A stretch of 64,000 nt of DNA from an uncultured bacterium (lineage in GTDB: Bacteria; Fidelibacterota; Marinisomatia; Marinisomatales; JABMOV01): positions 14,037 to 78,036 of the forward strand of contig CAZZIU010000010.1 in assembly GCA_964654545.1 (NCBI GenBank), given 5' to 3'. Shown piece by piece: positions 10,439 through 20,020 of this stretch (position 1 is the first letter of the stretch; every line of letters starts with the position of its first letter). The position numbers and the translations under genes are program-made. The notes below the pieces were generated by a model, which was not told where the DNA came from, did no database searches, and saw only the letters and a list, made by a program, of their open reading frames with translations.

Positions 10439-11455
10439 ATGGCGAAAATAAAAGCGGAATACATTTGGATGGACGGTCACAGGCCAACCTCAAAATTGCG
10501 CACCAAAACAAAAGTGATTAGCGGGCCGGTGAAGAGTCTTGCGGACATTCCCGTCTGGGGATTTGACGGTTCAAGCACTATGCAGGCACAGGGAAACAAA
10601 AGCGACTGCATGTTGGTACCTGCGCGACACATTCAGGATCCAATACGGGGGGGTGACCATATTGCTGTACTATGTGAGGTTATGAACGCTGATGGTACCG
10701 TTCATGCGTCGAACACTCGTGCAAGGTTAAGAGAAGTTGCGGGAAAATATTCCAACTTTGAACCTTGGTTTGGAATTGAGCAGGAGTATACATTTTTTCA
10801 GGGAAGATCGCCTTTGGGTTGGCCGGATGGCGGTTATCCGGCACCACAGGGACCCTTTTATTGTGGTGTGGGTGCAGATGAAGTTTTTGGCCGACCTATT
10901 GTAGAGGAACATATGGATTTATCCGTCCGCTCTGGTATAGAAATATCAGGTGTAAATGCAGAAGTAATGCCAGGACAATGGGAATTTCAAATAGGTCCAT
11001 TGGGACCATTGGATGTCGCAGATGAAATATGGCTAGCAAGGTGGTTGTTGTATCGATTGGGCGAGGATTATGGTGTGAGCGCCACGTTACATCCCAAACC
11101 GGTGGCAGGTGACTGGAATGGAGCCGGAGCGCATACCAATTTCAGCACCAGGCAAATGCGCAGTGAAGGCGGATTTAAATACGTGGAAGAAGCATGTAAA
11201 AAATTGGGCAAAAAACACGAAGAACATATCGCTGTGTACGGCGCCCATAACGATGAGCGCCTCACGGGATTACATGAGACATGCTCAATCCATGAATTCC
11301 GCTATGGGATTAGCGACCGAGGTGCCTCCGTCAGAATTCCAATGGCAACTGTAAATGATGGAAAAGGGTATCTTGAAGATCGACGACCTGCAGCCAACAT
11401 GGATCCTTATAAGGTGTGTGCAATTATGATAGAGACAATCTGCGAGAAGAACTGA
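10439..11455 (+). CDS. glnII: Glutamine synthetase type II
   Basis: 338 aa; AEYIWMDG, WGFDGSST, WFGIEQEY, NAEVMPGQWEFQIGP, DWNGAGAHTNFST, YLEDRRPAANMDPY. Confidence 0.93.
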   Translation: MAKIKAEYIWMDGHRPTSKLRTKTKVISGPVKSLADIPVWGFDGSSTMQAQGNKSDCMLVPARHIQDPIRGGDHIAVLCEVMNADGTVHASNTRARLREVAGKYSNFEPWFGIEQEYTFFQGRSPLGWPDGGYPAPQGPFYCGVGADEVFGRPIVEEHMDLSVRSGIEISGVNAEVMPGQWEFQIGPLGPLDVADEIWLARWLLYRLGEDYGVSATLHPKPVAGDWNGAGAHTNFSTRQMRSEGGFKYVEEACKKLGKKHEEHIAVYGAHNDERLTGLHETCSIHEFRYGISDRGASVRIPMATVNDGKGYLEDRRPAANMDPYKVCAIMIETICEKN

Positions 11456-11477
11456 TTATGGCCGGCTAAGAAAACTG

Positions 11478-11505
11478 AAGCCTTGGAACATTTCCAGGGC
11501 TTTTT
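11478..11505 (+). terminator. Intrinsic terminator after glnII
   Basis: AAGCCTTGGAA / TTCCAGGGCTT stem followed by Ts. Confidence 0.7.
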
Positions 11506-11560
11506 CTTTATAGACAGATGCCAAACATGTAAGTTTATATGGCGAATCGAAACCTGAAAA

Positions 11561-12757
11561 ATGAAGAAACTGCTTCTACTAATATTTAGCACCATACTTC
11601 TTGCACAAAACGACTACCCCATTATCTTTATTCATGGCTTTATTGGCTGGGGACCGGAAGAAATGGGAGAGTATCATTATTGGGGAGGAACACAAGATAT
11701 ACTGGCTTCACTACGAGAACAAGGCTACACAGTTTATGCCGTTTCAGTGGGACCGGTTTCTTCCAACTGGGAGCGTGCGGCAGAAGCATTTTATCAGATA
11801 AAAGGGGGACAAGTCGATTATGGGAAGACACATGCGGAAAAATGGAATGTAATTCAAAAGCCATATGGGAAAAAATACACCGGGTTTTATCCCCAGTGGG
11901 ATGCGGATCATCCGGTACACATAATTGGTCACAGTATGGGCGGTCAAACAGCGAGGATGCTATTATATCAATTACAAAATATTTTTTACGACTCAACCTC
12001 TGCACAACCTGATTCAAGTGTATTATTGGGAGAAACCCACTCCCAGTGGATTGCTTCCATTACTTCCATTGCGACACCTCATGATGGTACCACACTTTCA
12101 AATATTGTCACCAGAACATTTCCATTTTTACAAAACTTCGTTGGACTGGCGGCAGTGGTAGGTAACAAATTCTACAATTTTGATTTGGAACAGTGGGGGT
12201 TTGATCGACAGCCGGATGAAACCTGGATGATGTATTATGAACGGATGCGAAACCATCCAGCGTGGGATACCAAAAACATTAGTGCCTGGGATTTAAGCAT
12301 TAACGGCGCCCGCGAATTAAATACCTTTCTTCAGGCATCTCCCGATGTTTATTATTTTTCAATAACTACCAGCGCGACTCATTTAGATACATCTACAGGT
12401 TTTCATGTACCGGACGATGGCCTGAATCTTATCCTGAAATCCCGCGCGAGGACAATCGGCAGAGAAGCCGCATACTGGGCCGACGGATCAACAACCGATT
12501 CAACCTGGTATGAAAACGATGGCGTTGTAAATACAATTTCACAACGCGGACCTACAACCGGGTTAAACGGACCCGATCCAATTGCCGAATATCAGAAAAA
12601 CCAACCACTCATACCTGGACAGTGGTACACCATGGGACCGCTAAAGATGGATCATTGGTATGTAATTGGGCATACTGTTTACAAAGAAGAAAATCAATTA
12701 GCAATTATGAAGTTATTCAGCGATCACGTAAAATTACTGAACAGTTTACCAAAATAA
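11561..12757 (+). CDS. Secreted lipase (Geobacillus/Staphylococcus lipase-like alpha/beta hydrolase)
   Basis: Signal peptide, PIIFIHGFIGWG, GHSMGG nucleophile, ATPHDGT, ENDGVVN, MDH. Confidence 0.88.
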   Translation: MKKLLLLIFSTILLAQNDYPIIFIHGFIGWGPEEMGEYHYWGGTQDILASLREQGYTVYAVSVGPVSSNWERAAEAFYQIKGGQVDYGKTHAEKWNVIQKPYGKKYTGFYPQWDADHPVHIIGHSMGGQTARMLLYQLQNIFYDSTSAQPDSSVLLGETHSQWIASITSIATPHDGTTLSNIVTRTFPFLQNFVGLAAVVGNKFYNFDLEQWGFDRQPDETWMMYYERMRNHPAWDTKNISAWDLSINGARELNTFLQASPDVYYFSITTSATHLDTSTGFHVPDDGLNLILKSRARTIGREAAYWADGSTTDSTWYENDGVVNTISQRGPTTGLNGPDPIAEYQKNQPLIPGQWYTMGPLKMDHWYVIGHTVYKEENQLAIMKLFSDHVKLLNSLPK

Positions 12758-12770
12758 TCAGGAGTCCAGT

Positions 12771-14753
12771 ATGGCAAAGAATAAAATAAAAATATCAGAT
12801 ATATATCGATTTAAACTGGTAAACGATCCCCAATCCTCTCCCGATGGAAAAAAGATATGTTTTACTGTGGAAACCATGCACAAAAAGGATAAGAAATATT
12901 ATACAAATCTTCATATATGTGATAGTACCGGACGCAATCATCGCGTACTTACTTATGGGAAATGCAGCGATCGAACACCCCGGTGGTCGCCGGACGGAAG
13001 TAAAATCGCGTTTATACGTAAAGAGAACTTCTGTGATCAAATTTGGTTAATGCCGATGGACGGGGGTGAGTCCATACCGCTCACGCATCTGAAAAGGGGA
13101 TCCGTTGGTGATATTGTTTGGTCTCCCGATGGTAAAAAAATCGCCTTCTTATACCATCCGCTGGGAAAAGAAAACAAAGTAAAAGATGACGGATCGATAG
13201 AAACACCAGCGTATCGACATATAAAAAGGCTCTGGTTTCGGTTGGATGATTATGGCTTTTTTGACAGTGAATACACACATCTATGGGTTGCCAATGCCAA
13301 AACGGGAAGAACCAAGCAGCTTGTTACAGGTAACTATAACGACAGTTTTCCAGCCTGGACGCCGGATAGCAAAGAAATCATATTTATTTCAAATCGATTT
13401 GAAGATTGGGAGCACCGTATTGAGGAAAATTGTCTTTACCGCGTGTCAGTAGCCGGAGGTGATGCAATGGAAATTCCATCCCCGGAAGGACCGAAGGAAG
13501 GATTATCTGTATCGCCGGATGGTCAGTGGTTGGCCTATTTAGGGCATCAAAAGCCCTATCACAGTTGGGGTGCAATTAATTTTGACTTAAATATAATTGG
13601 AATAAAAGGAAATGGACATAAATCCCTCGGTTCAGAGCTTGATCGAACAGCATACCCATTAACGCTGGGTGATATAACACCATCTTTTCTATTAACGTCA
13701 CCAGTTTGGTCCACGGATGGAAAGTACATCTATTATATTGTTGCTAGTGAAGGACGCCAAATGCTGATGGAGGCAGATATAAAAACTGATTTGGTAACAA
13801 CTATTACCAAAAGTGACGATGTTGTTGTTTCGGTTTCCTTTGATTCCGGGCGAAATGGTTTTGTATATCAAAATGCGAAAATCGACGCCCCCGATGAATT
13901 GGTTTTCCAGAACATTAAAACCGGCAAGCGAAAGCAAATTTCGAATCTGAACAAACGTTATATTAAAAGTCGTGATTTTAACCCACCTGAAGAAATATGG
14001 TTTAATAATAAAGAGCAAAAATTGCAGGGATGGCTGGCTAAACCGCCGGAATTTGACCCCACTATAAAATACCCTCTGATACTGAATATACACGGTGGAC
14101 CGCGCTGCCAATATGGTCGAACCTTTTTTCATGAAATGCTGGCGTTGGCAGCGAGCGGCTATGTGGTTTTATATACAAATCCAAGGGGAAGCCAGGGCTA
14201 CGGAAAAGAATTTGCCGATGCAATCACAGCCTGCTGGGCAGAACCGGCAATGAGCGATTTAATGGCCGCAGTTGACCATTGTTTATCGTTCGGTTACGTT
14301 GATCCCAAAAGATTGGGTGTAACGGGGGGCTCTTATGGCGGATACATGACTAACTGGATTGTAACACACAGCAACCGCTTTGCCGCCGCCGTTACGCAAC
14401 GAAGCGTCTCAGATTTGTCTTCAATGTTTGGGAATTCTGATATTGGGTGGGACATGCATTATGAGTTTGGTGGCACACCATGGACCAAGCGGGAAACGTA
14501 TCAAAAATGGTCTCCCATCACCTACATTGATAAATGCCACACACCTTTGTTGGTCATTCACAGCGAACAGGATCTCCGGTGCAACATTGAACAGGGTGAC
14601 CAAATGTATTTATCGTTAAAGTATCTAAAACGGGACACTGAATATGTTCGCTTTCCTGAGGAACCCCATGGTCTTTCAAGGCATGGACGTCCGGACAGAA
14701 GGGAAGAGCGGCTACGATTTATTATTGGATGGTTTGACAAGTATTTAAAGTAA
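12771..14753 (+). CDS. S9 family peptidase (acylaminoacyl/dipeptidyl aminopeptidase)
   Basis: PD40-like WSPDG repeats, IHGGP, GGSYGG, DLRC Asp, HGLSR His. Confidence 0.92.
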   Translation: MAKNKIKISDIYRFKLVNDPQSSPDGKKICFTVETMHKKDKKYYTNLHICDSTGRNHRVLTYGKCSDRTPRWSPDGSKIAFIRKENFCDQIWLMPMDGGESIPLTHLKRGSVGDIVWSPDGKKIAFLYHPLGKENKVKDDGSIETPAYRHIKRLWFRLDDYGFFDSEYTHLWVANAKTGRTKQLVTGNYNDSFPAWTPDSKEIIFISNRFEDWEHRIEENCLYRVSVAGGDAMEIPSPEGPKEGLSVSPDGQWLAYLGHQKPYHSWGAINFDLNIIGIKGNGHKSLGSELDRTAYPLTLGDITPSFLLTSPVWSTDGKYIYYIVASEGRQMLMEADIKTDLVTTITKSDDVVVSVSFDSGRNGFVYQNAKIDAPDELVFQNIKTGKRKQISNLNKRYIKSRDFNPPEEIWFNNKEQKLQGWLAKPPEFDPTIKYPLILNIHGGPRCQYGRTFFHEMLALAASGYVVLYTNPRGSQGYGKEFADAITACWAEPAMSDLMAAVDHCLSFGYVDPKRLGVTGGSYGGYMTNWIVTHSNRFAAAVTQRSVSDLSSMFGNSDIGWDMHYEFGGTPWTKRETYQKWSPITYIDKCHTPLLVIHSEQDLRCNIEQGDQMYLSLKYLKRDTEYVRFPEEPHGLSRHGRPDRREERLRFIIGWFDKYLK

Positions 14754-14774
14754 CGCAAGGACAAAGGAGAAATA

Positions 14775-15197
14775 ATGAGCCGGACTATTGAACAATTAAT
14801 TGCCGAATTAAATAAGGATTTGGAATGGGAATATGCGGCGGGGATCCAGTACATAAACCATGCCGCAGTCATGACAGGTCCGGAGTACGATAGTATTATT
14901 AAAGAGCTGGTTATACATTCTCAGGAAGAAATGGCCCACGCGGTGAGCATCGCGGAACAAATAGCCTTTTTGGGTGGAGATCCAACGGTGTCTGTTGAAA
15001 AAATTGAAACTGCTACAGACTCCATCACCATGCTGGAGCAGGATTTGAGGGGGGAACAGCACGCCATAGACAGCTATAAAGAACGTATTTGGCAAGCTGA
15101 GCAACTCAGAGAATATGGACTGAGACGAATCTTAGAAGATATTTTAATGCAAGAGGAAGAGCACAAAAGAGATATCATGACTGTACTGGGTCAATAA
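14775..15197 (+). CDS. Ferritin-like / bacterioferritin-family protein
   Basis: Di-iron ligands E..EExxH (EEMAH) and E..EExH (EEEHK) in a 140-aa four-helix pattern. Confidence 0.8.
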   Translation: MSRTIEQLIAELNKDLEWEYAAGIQYINHAAVMTGPEYDSIIKELVIHSQEEMAHAVSIAEQIAFLGGDPTVSVEKIETATDSITMLEQDLRGEQHAIDSYKERIWQAEQLREYGLRRILEDILMQEEEHKRDIMTVLGQ

Positions 15198-15260
15198 GCC
15201 CAAAACAAGGAATCGCGCCGCTCTCTTTTATGTTTAATAATATATTTGTAATATACAACT

Positions 15261-15686
15261 ATGGAATTGGGAGAACTTCTTAAAGCCTATCTACAGGATT
15301 TACAGGCGATTTTCAGAAGGCAAATTGCCTTTAATGGGATCACGCTGCCTCAGCTACTTATTCTTTCTTCAGTCCCGGATGCAGGTATCGATATGTCAGG
15401 GCTGGCCCTGCTTTCAGGGGTTGACAACAGTACCATGACCCGACTTGTTACGATCATGATAAAGAGAGGTTGGATTTATAAAGAGCAGAATGCTGAAGAC
15501 AGGAGATCGTATATCGTCAAGCTCACTGAAAAGGGTGAAGCTCTTCAGGAAAAAATTGAAATTCGAATTGACCGCTTTGGCGAATCAATTGCCAACCAAC
15601 TACCGTTGGATATGGTTGAAGAGACAAAAGAAACACTTTCAGCATTCCATTGGAGTCTGTCCAAACACATACTAAAGAAGCAATAA
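15261..15686 (+). CDS. MarR family regulator
   Basis: ITLPQLLIL, VDNSTMTRLV, EDRRSYIVKLTEKG. Confidence 0.9.
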   Translation: MELGELLKAYLQDLQAIFRRQIAFNGITLPQLLILSSVPDAGIDMSGLALLSGVDNSTMTRLVTIMIKRGWIYKEQNAEDRRSYIVKLTEKGEALQEKIEIRIDRFGESIANQLPLDMVEETKETLSAFHWSLSKHILKKQ

Positions 15687-16772
15687 TTGTATAATACAGG
15701 TAATAGATCGAATTTTGCTGATTCATTATTACAATGGTATAATCAAAACAAACGATCCCTTCCCTGGCGCAGAACAAATGAACCATACTTGGTTTGGATT
15801 TCGGAAATAATGCTGCAACAGACACAAGTCGATACCGTAATACCCTATTTTACCAAATGGATAGAAGCATTTCCCTCAGTAGAAATTGTTGCAAAGACCC
15901 CTTTTGACGATGTGGTAAAATACTGGGAAGGCTTGGGATACTACACACGCTGCAGAAATATTCATAAAACGGCACGTACAATCACAGAAAAATACGGCAG
16001 GCGTTTTCCGGAAAACTATGAAATTCTGATGAGCCTTCCGGGAATAGGCTCATATACTGCCAGCATGATACTAAGTATTTCCTTTGGCAAGCAAAAGCTA
16101 GCAATTGACAGCAATATAATGCGAATTGGGTATCGATTGGCTGGACTAAAGAAAATTTCACGCCAGAACCATAATCGTATGGCAAAGCGATTACAAGGCT
16201 ATCTTTCTGATAACAATCCCGGCGATTTTAATCAGGCATTAATGGATTTGGGTAGTGCGCTTTGTACATCAAAAGAGGCAACGTGCGATTTGTGCCCAAT
16301 CGGTGATTATTGTATAGCGGGAGTAAAAAAGAATCCATTATTGTACCCCGAAGTAAAAAAGAGGAAAAAACCACCGCATTATGATGTAGCTGCAGGAATT
16401 ATTTGGGTGGGGGATACATTTTATATTCAAAAAAGGTCTCATAACGGCCACTTGGGGGGGCTTTGGGAATTTCCAGGCGGAAAAATCAGAAAAAACGAAA
16501 CAGAAGAAGAGGCAGTAGTGCGGGAAATAGCCGAAGAATGTAATTTTTCAGTCGTTCCTGAAAAAAGAATTGGAACGATTAAACACGCATACAGTCATTT
16601 TTCTATTTCATTCACGGTTTACCACTGCACAGGAGTTTCTGAATTAATAAAACAGCAAAATGGGACTGGCCGATGGATCACAAAAGACGAAATTGACGAC
16701 TATACATTTCCCAAAGCAAACCATAAACTATTTGGAATGCTGGATAAACAAGATTGGAGTCGTGATGTTTAG
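15687..16772 (+). CDS. mutY: A/G-specific adenine glycosylase with C-terminal Nudix (MutT-like) domain
   Basis: TTG start; VWISEIMLQQTQV, WEGLGYY, LPGIGSYTA, Cx6Cx2Cx5C Fe-S motif, near-complete Nudix box. Confidence 0.93.
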   Translation: MYNTGNRSNFADSLLQWYNQNKRSLPWRRTNEPYLVWISEIMLQQTQVDTVIPYFTKWIEAFPSVEIVAKTPFDDVVKYWEGLGYYTRCRNIHKTARTITEKYGRRFPENYEILMSLPGIGSYTASMILSISFGKQKLAIDSNIMRIGYRLAGLKKISRQNHNRMAKRLQGYLSDNNPGDFNQALMDLGSALCTSKEATCDLCPIGDYCIAGVKKNPLLYPEVKKRKKPPHYDVAAGIIWVGDTFYIQKRSHNGHLGGLWEFPGGKIRKNETEEEAVVREIAEECNFSVVPEKRIGTIKHAYSHFSISFTVYHCTGVSELIKQQNGTGRWITKDEIDDYTFPKANHKLFGMLDKQDWSRDV

Positions 16773-17475
16773 GACACCGGTATCCATTTTAATATATTTT
16801 TTGGGAATTCTGGTATTTGTGCTATCGGCGTCGGTGTATTTATTTCTGGCACTGTTTATTAACCCAAAATCATTGCATCCAGTAGCGAGAATAATTTGCC
16901 GAACGTTTTTACTGGCATGCGGTCAATGGGTTACCTATTCAGGTGAAAGGCCACCATCGGCAGGGGGACCATATCTGTATATGTTTAATCATCAATCCAT
17001 GTTTGATGGGTTTCTTTTAGTAGGCTCATTTAATCATTATGTCACAGGCGTCGGAGCACAGAAACAATTTTCATGGTTTATCTGGGGTTGGATCGTAAAG
17101 CGATATGGGGTGATACCCATTAAAAGATCTCGACTGAATGAAGCAATTCATAGCCTGGACGCTATGGAGAAAATTATGAAGGAGGGGACATCATGCCTGA
17201 TTTCACCGGAAGGTACCCGAACTTTGACCGGTGAAATAGGACCGTTTAAAAAAGGGCCCTTTCATGTGGCAATGAACACCAAAGCCACCATTGTACCAAT
17301 CGGCATTGATGGTGCATTTCGGGCGAAATCAAAAAACAACTGGCGATTTTCACCGGGGAAAATTTCTGTAACATATGGCAAATTCATCACCTGGGAAGAT
17401 TATAAGGATCATTCTCTTGAAGAATTACGGAAGACAGTAAAAGAAAAGATTAGTAAATTAGCTGATAATGGATGA
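16765..17475 (+). CDS. plsC: 1-acyl-sn-glycerol-3-phosphate acyltransferase (LPLAT)
   Basis: NHQSMFD, SPEGTR, FKKGPF. Start moved to ATG 16765, which overlaps the mutY end. Confidence 0.85.
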   Translation: MFRTPVSILIYFLGILVFVLSASVYLFLALFINPKSLHPVARIICRTFLLACGQWVTYSGERPPSAGGPYLYMFNHQSMFDGFLLVGSFNHYVTGVGAQKQFSWFIWGWIVKRYGVIPIKRSRLNEAIHSLDAMEKIMKEGTSCLISPEGTRTLTGEIGPFKKGPFHVAMNTKATIVPIGIDGAFRAKSKNNWRFSPGKISVTYGKFITWEDYKDHSLEELRKTVKEKISKLADNG

Positions 17476-17533
17476 TGGCAATTTTAAACTTCAATCTTCA
17501 AGCAGTAATTAAGTCAGAGGACATTTTGTAAAA

Positions 17534-19051
17534 ATGCGTCTATCTGATATGGTTTGTGTTGTAACGGGTGCCGGAGGCGGCGTTGGAGGGGCACTGGTTA
17601 ATGCTCTTCAGAGTTCAAATGCAACGACTGTCGCGGTACATCGAGGCCGGTTCTCATCCATTATGGAGACTCGACCAAAGTTATTCACCGTAAAATGTGA
17701 TCTTACTGATGATGTTTCGGTACAAACGCTGGTTCAAAATATCACCGAATCAATTGGTCCGATTCATGTTTGGATCAATACTGCTGGTGGTTTTCATATG
17801 GGCGAAACGGTCGAGGAAGCACCATTAGATAGCTGGCGCAAAATGCTATCAATTAATTTTATAACAACCCTCAATTGCAGCCGTGCAGTACTGCCGGTGA
17901 TGAAAAAAAACAAATACGGCAGAATCATCAATTTTGGAAGCTTTCCCGGCGAAGAAGGAATGTCACAAGGAGCGCCTTATGCTGTTTCGAAGGCTGCCGT
18001 TCACACCCTGACAAAAACCATTTGGCAAGAAGGAAAAACCTTTGGTGTTAGCGCACATGCATTGTTGCCAACGACAATCGATACACCTGGGAATCGTGAA
18101 GCAATGCCCAACGAGGATTGGAGTAATTGGGTTACCACAAAAGATATTGCTGATAAAATTATTGAGATAATCACATCACCGGGCATTGATCGGGATCCTG
18201 GCCAAATCATCATTCCCCTGAGAGGGTCCACACAGCAAAGCGCATCAGCAAAACCAGCGGCGTTACTGGATATCTTTGGCTCATCAGCAAAAAGTGAGAC
18301 ACCGGAACCATCTGCAGAAACGGTCCGGGAAAAAAGTTCTCAGATTCCTGTCGTACCGGCAGACGAGGTTAAAAAACAATCCATTGACCTCGATACTTCG
18401 GATTGGCAACCCGTTAATTCAAAAGGCGATTCTGATACATTTGAGCAAGACACCCCGGGAGCAAAAGAGGTAACCACCGCGAATCTCATCGATAAGGTAC
18501 CAAGTGAAACACCTGATCTTGCAGAGGATGATACCAAACTGGAAGTAGACCTTGAAGAATGGGAGCCAAAAGAAAGCTCAGAGGAAACTTCCCAAGCGCA
18601 TGAAGACGTAGCTCAAGAGGAGGGCAGTACGGGAAAAAGCCTACAGGATATATTCAGAAAAACCGATGTGGCGGTTGATGCTGAAGGCAGTAAAATAAAT
18701 CCGGATATGGCTTCGTTCGAAATGGTCGAACACCTCAAAATTCGTCAGCAATATGATAAAGCACTTGCCATGTTAGCGATTATGGAAGAGAATGGCGCTG
18801 ATATTGATCGTATCAAGGATGAGCGGGACGAGATACAGGAATTGATTTATCCTTCCAAGGACGAAGACACGTCGGGAGAAAATGAAACGGAAGAAGAAAA
18901 CGATCAAGATACAGCTAAGAAGGAAGAGTCCACAGGGGAATCTGAGGAGGAAGAGGATTTGGATCTAGCCGGTTATCTGGACCGTATAGCCGAAGAAAAT
19001 AAAAAAGAAAAAAAAGAAGCCGACTCACCAGTAGATAAAAAAAAAGACTAA
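17534..19051 (+). CDS. SDR oxidoreductase with long acidic linker; probably the 5' part of a frameshifted gene running to 20013
   Basis: TGAGGGVG, NTAGG, NFGS, YAVSK in the first ~230 aa; D/E-rich remainder; ends just after an A9 tract. Confidence 0.8.
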   Translation: MRLSDMVCVVTGAGGGVGGALVNALQSSNATTVAVHRGRFSSIMETRPKLFTVKCDLTDDVSVQTLVQNITESIGPIHVWINTAGGFHMGETVEEAPLDSWRKMLSINFITTLNCSRAVLPVMKKNKYGRIINFGSFPGEEGMSQGAPYAVSKAAVHTLTKTIWQEGKTFGVSAHALLPTTIDTPGNREAMPNEDWSNWVTTKDIADKIIEIITSPGIDRDPGQIIIPLRGSTQQSASAKPAALLDIFGSSAKSETPEPSAETVREKSSQIPVVPADEVKKQSIDLDTSDWQPVNSKGDSDTFEQDTPGAKEVTTANLIDKVPSETPDLAEDDTKLEVDLEEWEPKESSEETSQAHEDVAQEEGSTGKSLQDIFRKTDVAVDAEGSKINPDMASFEMVEHLKIRQQYDKALAMLAIMEENGADIDRIKDERDEIQELIYPSKDEDTSGENETEEENDQDTAKKEESTGESEEEEDLDLAGYLDRIAEENKKEKKEADSPVDKKKD

Positions 19052-20013
19052 TCCCGTTTAGTATTCTTGCCGTTGCTTTAGCATCCATCCTAATCATTGT
19101 AATCTGGATTGTTTTTAGCAGAGAACCACCAACCGAAATTATTATTGACGATATTCCAACGTTTACAGTTTTAGATACTCTCCAAAGACCAGACACAATC
19201 CTTATGGATACAACACCACATTTCTCAATAATTCAAGATAGTATTCCCATAATCGATTCATCGCTAACCATGTTTGTAGAGGACACATTTTCAATGGGTG
19301 CCATTGCAATCGACACAGCTCCGGATACGCTTGTGGTTATGGCTGTGGAACCTCAACCAGAGGAAGAAACAAGTATTGATTCTATCCCACAACCGGAAGA
19401 TGTAATAGTTGAAACAACCACTACCGCGATTCATAATGTCCCGATAGTAAGATTAGAACAGGAACCCCCAGTAACAGAAACCAGACTGGATACAATTGTA
19501 AGTGATTCAGGAGATTTAATTGAGCCTCCAGTTGCTGAAGTCATGATCGACACGATCCCAGTACAATGGGTGAAGGATACCACAAAAATATATTCACCCC
19601 AGGATACTGTAGTAGTGGCAATCACGGACCCGGATACATTAATGGTACTACGCCAATACAACCTGGCAGCACAATATTGGAAATTGGAAAAACTTCAAAA
19701 CATGGATCATTTTACCATAGTGCTTATGTATGCCTGTTCAGGAGCAACCGTTGACAGTGCAAAAAACATTTTATCAAACCCGAATGACATGTTTATCCTG
19801 CCAAAAGATGTGGATAATCGCAGCTGTTATATTGTTTGCTGGGGAGATTTCGAAACCAGAAAACAGGCCGAAGAACGATTTACAATGGTACCCAACTGGT
19901 TCGCTCAAAACGGTCTGGTCCCGATGGTGCGACCCTTATTTAAAATTGATAGATTAACGCGTCTATCCCTAACACGCCTTATTATTGAAAACGATCATAT
20001 AAAGAGAGAATAA
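19039..20013 (+). CDS. Membrane anchor, D-[ST] stalk and DamX-like SPOR domain; reached by a -1 shift from the SDR ORF
   Basis: Frame is open from 19039 (KKRLIPFSILAVALASILIIVIWIVFSR) with no ATG/GTG/TTG before the hydrophobic helix; CYIVCWGDFETRKQAEE...VPNWF resembles DamX-type SPOR. Confidence 0.6.
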   Translation, partial: KKRLIPFSILAVALASILIIVIWIVFSREPPTEIIIDDIPTFTVLDTLQRPDTILMDTTPHFSIIQDSIPIIDSSLTMFVEDTFSMGAIAIDTAPDTLVVMAVEPQPEEETSIDSIPQPEDVIVETTTTAIHNVPIVRLEQEPPVTETRLDTIVSDSGDLIEPPVAEVMIDTIPVQWVKDTTKIYSPQDTVVVAITDPDTLMVLRQYNLAAQYWKLEKLQNMDHFTIVLMYACSGATVDSAKNILSNPNDMFILPKDVDNRSCYIVCWGDFETRKQAEERFTMVPNWFAQNGLVPMVRPLFKIDRLTRLSLTRLIIENDHIKRE

Positions 20014-20020
20014 CGAAAAT

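Noticed and set aside
16660-16764. Extended N-termini in the ORF track (16660, 30395, 34514, 44662, 46234, 59074, 62951)
   Set aside because: Downstream starts give better RBS, signal peptide or neighbour spacing; the extensions mostly overlap adjacent genes.
19008-19015. A8 tract as the frameshift site
   Set aside because: A -1 shift here meets TAA at 19036-19038; only the A9 tract reaches the open frame.
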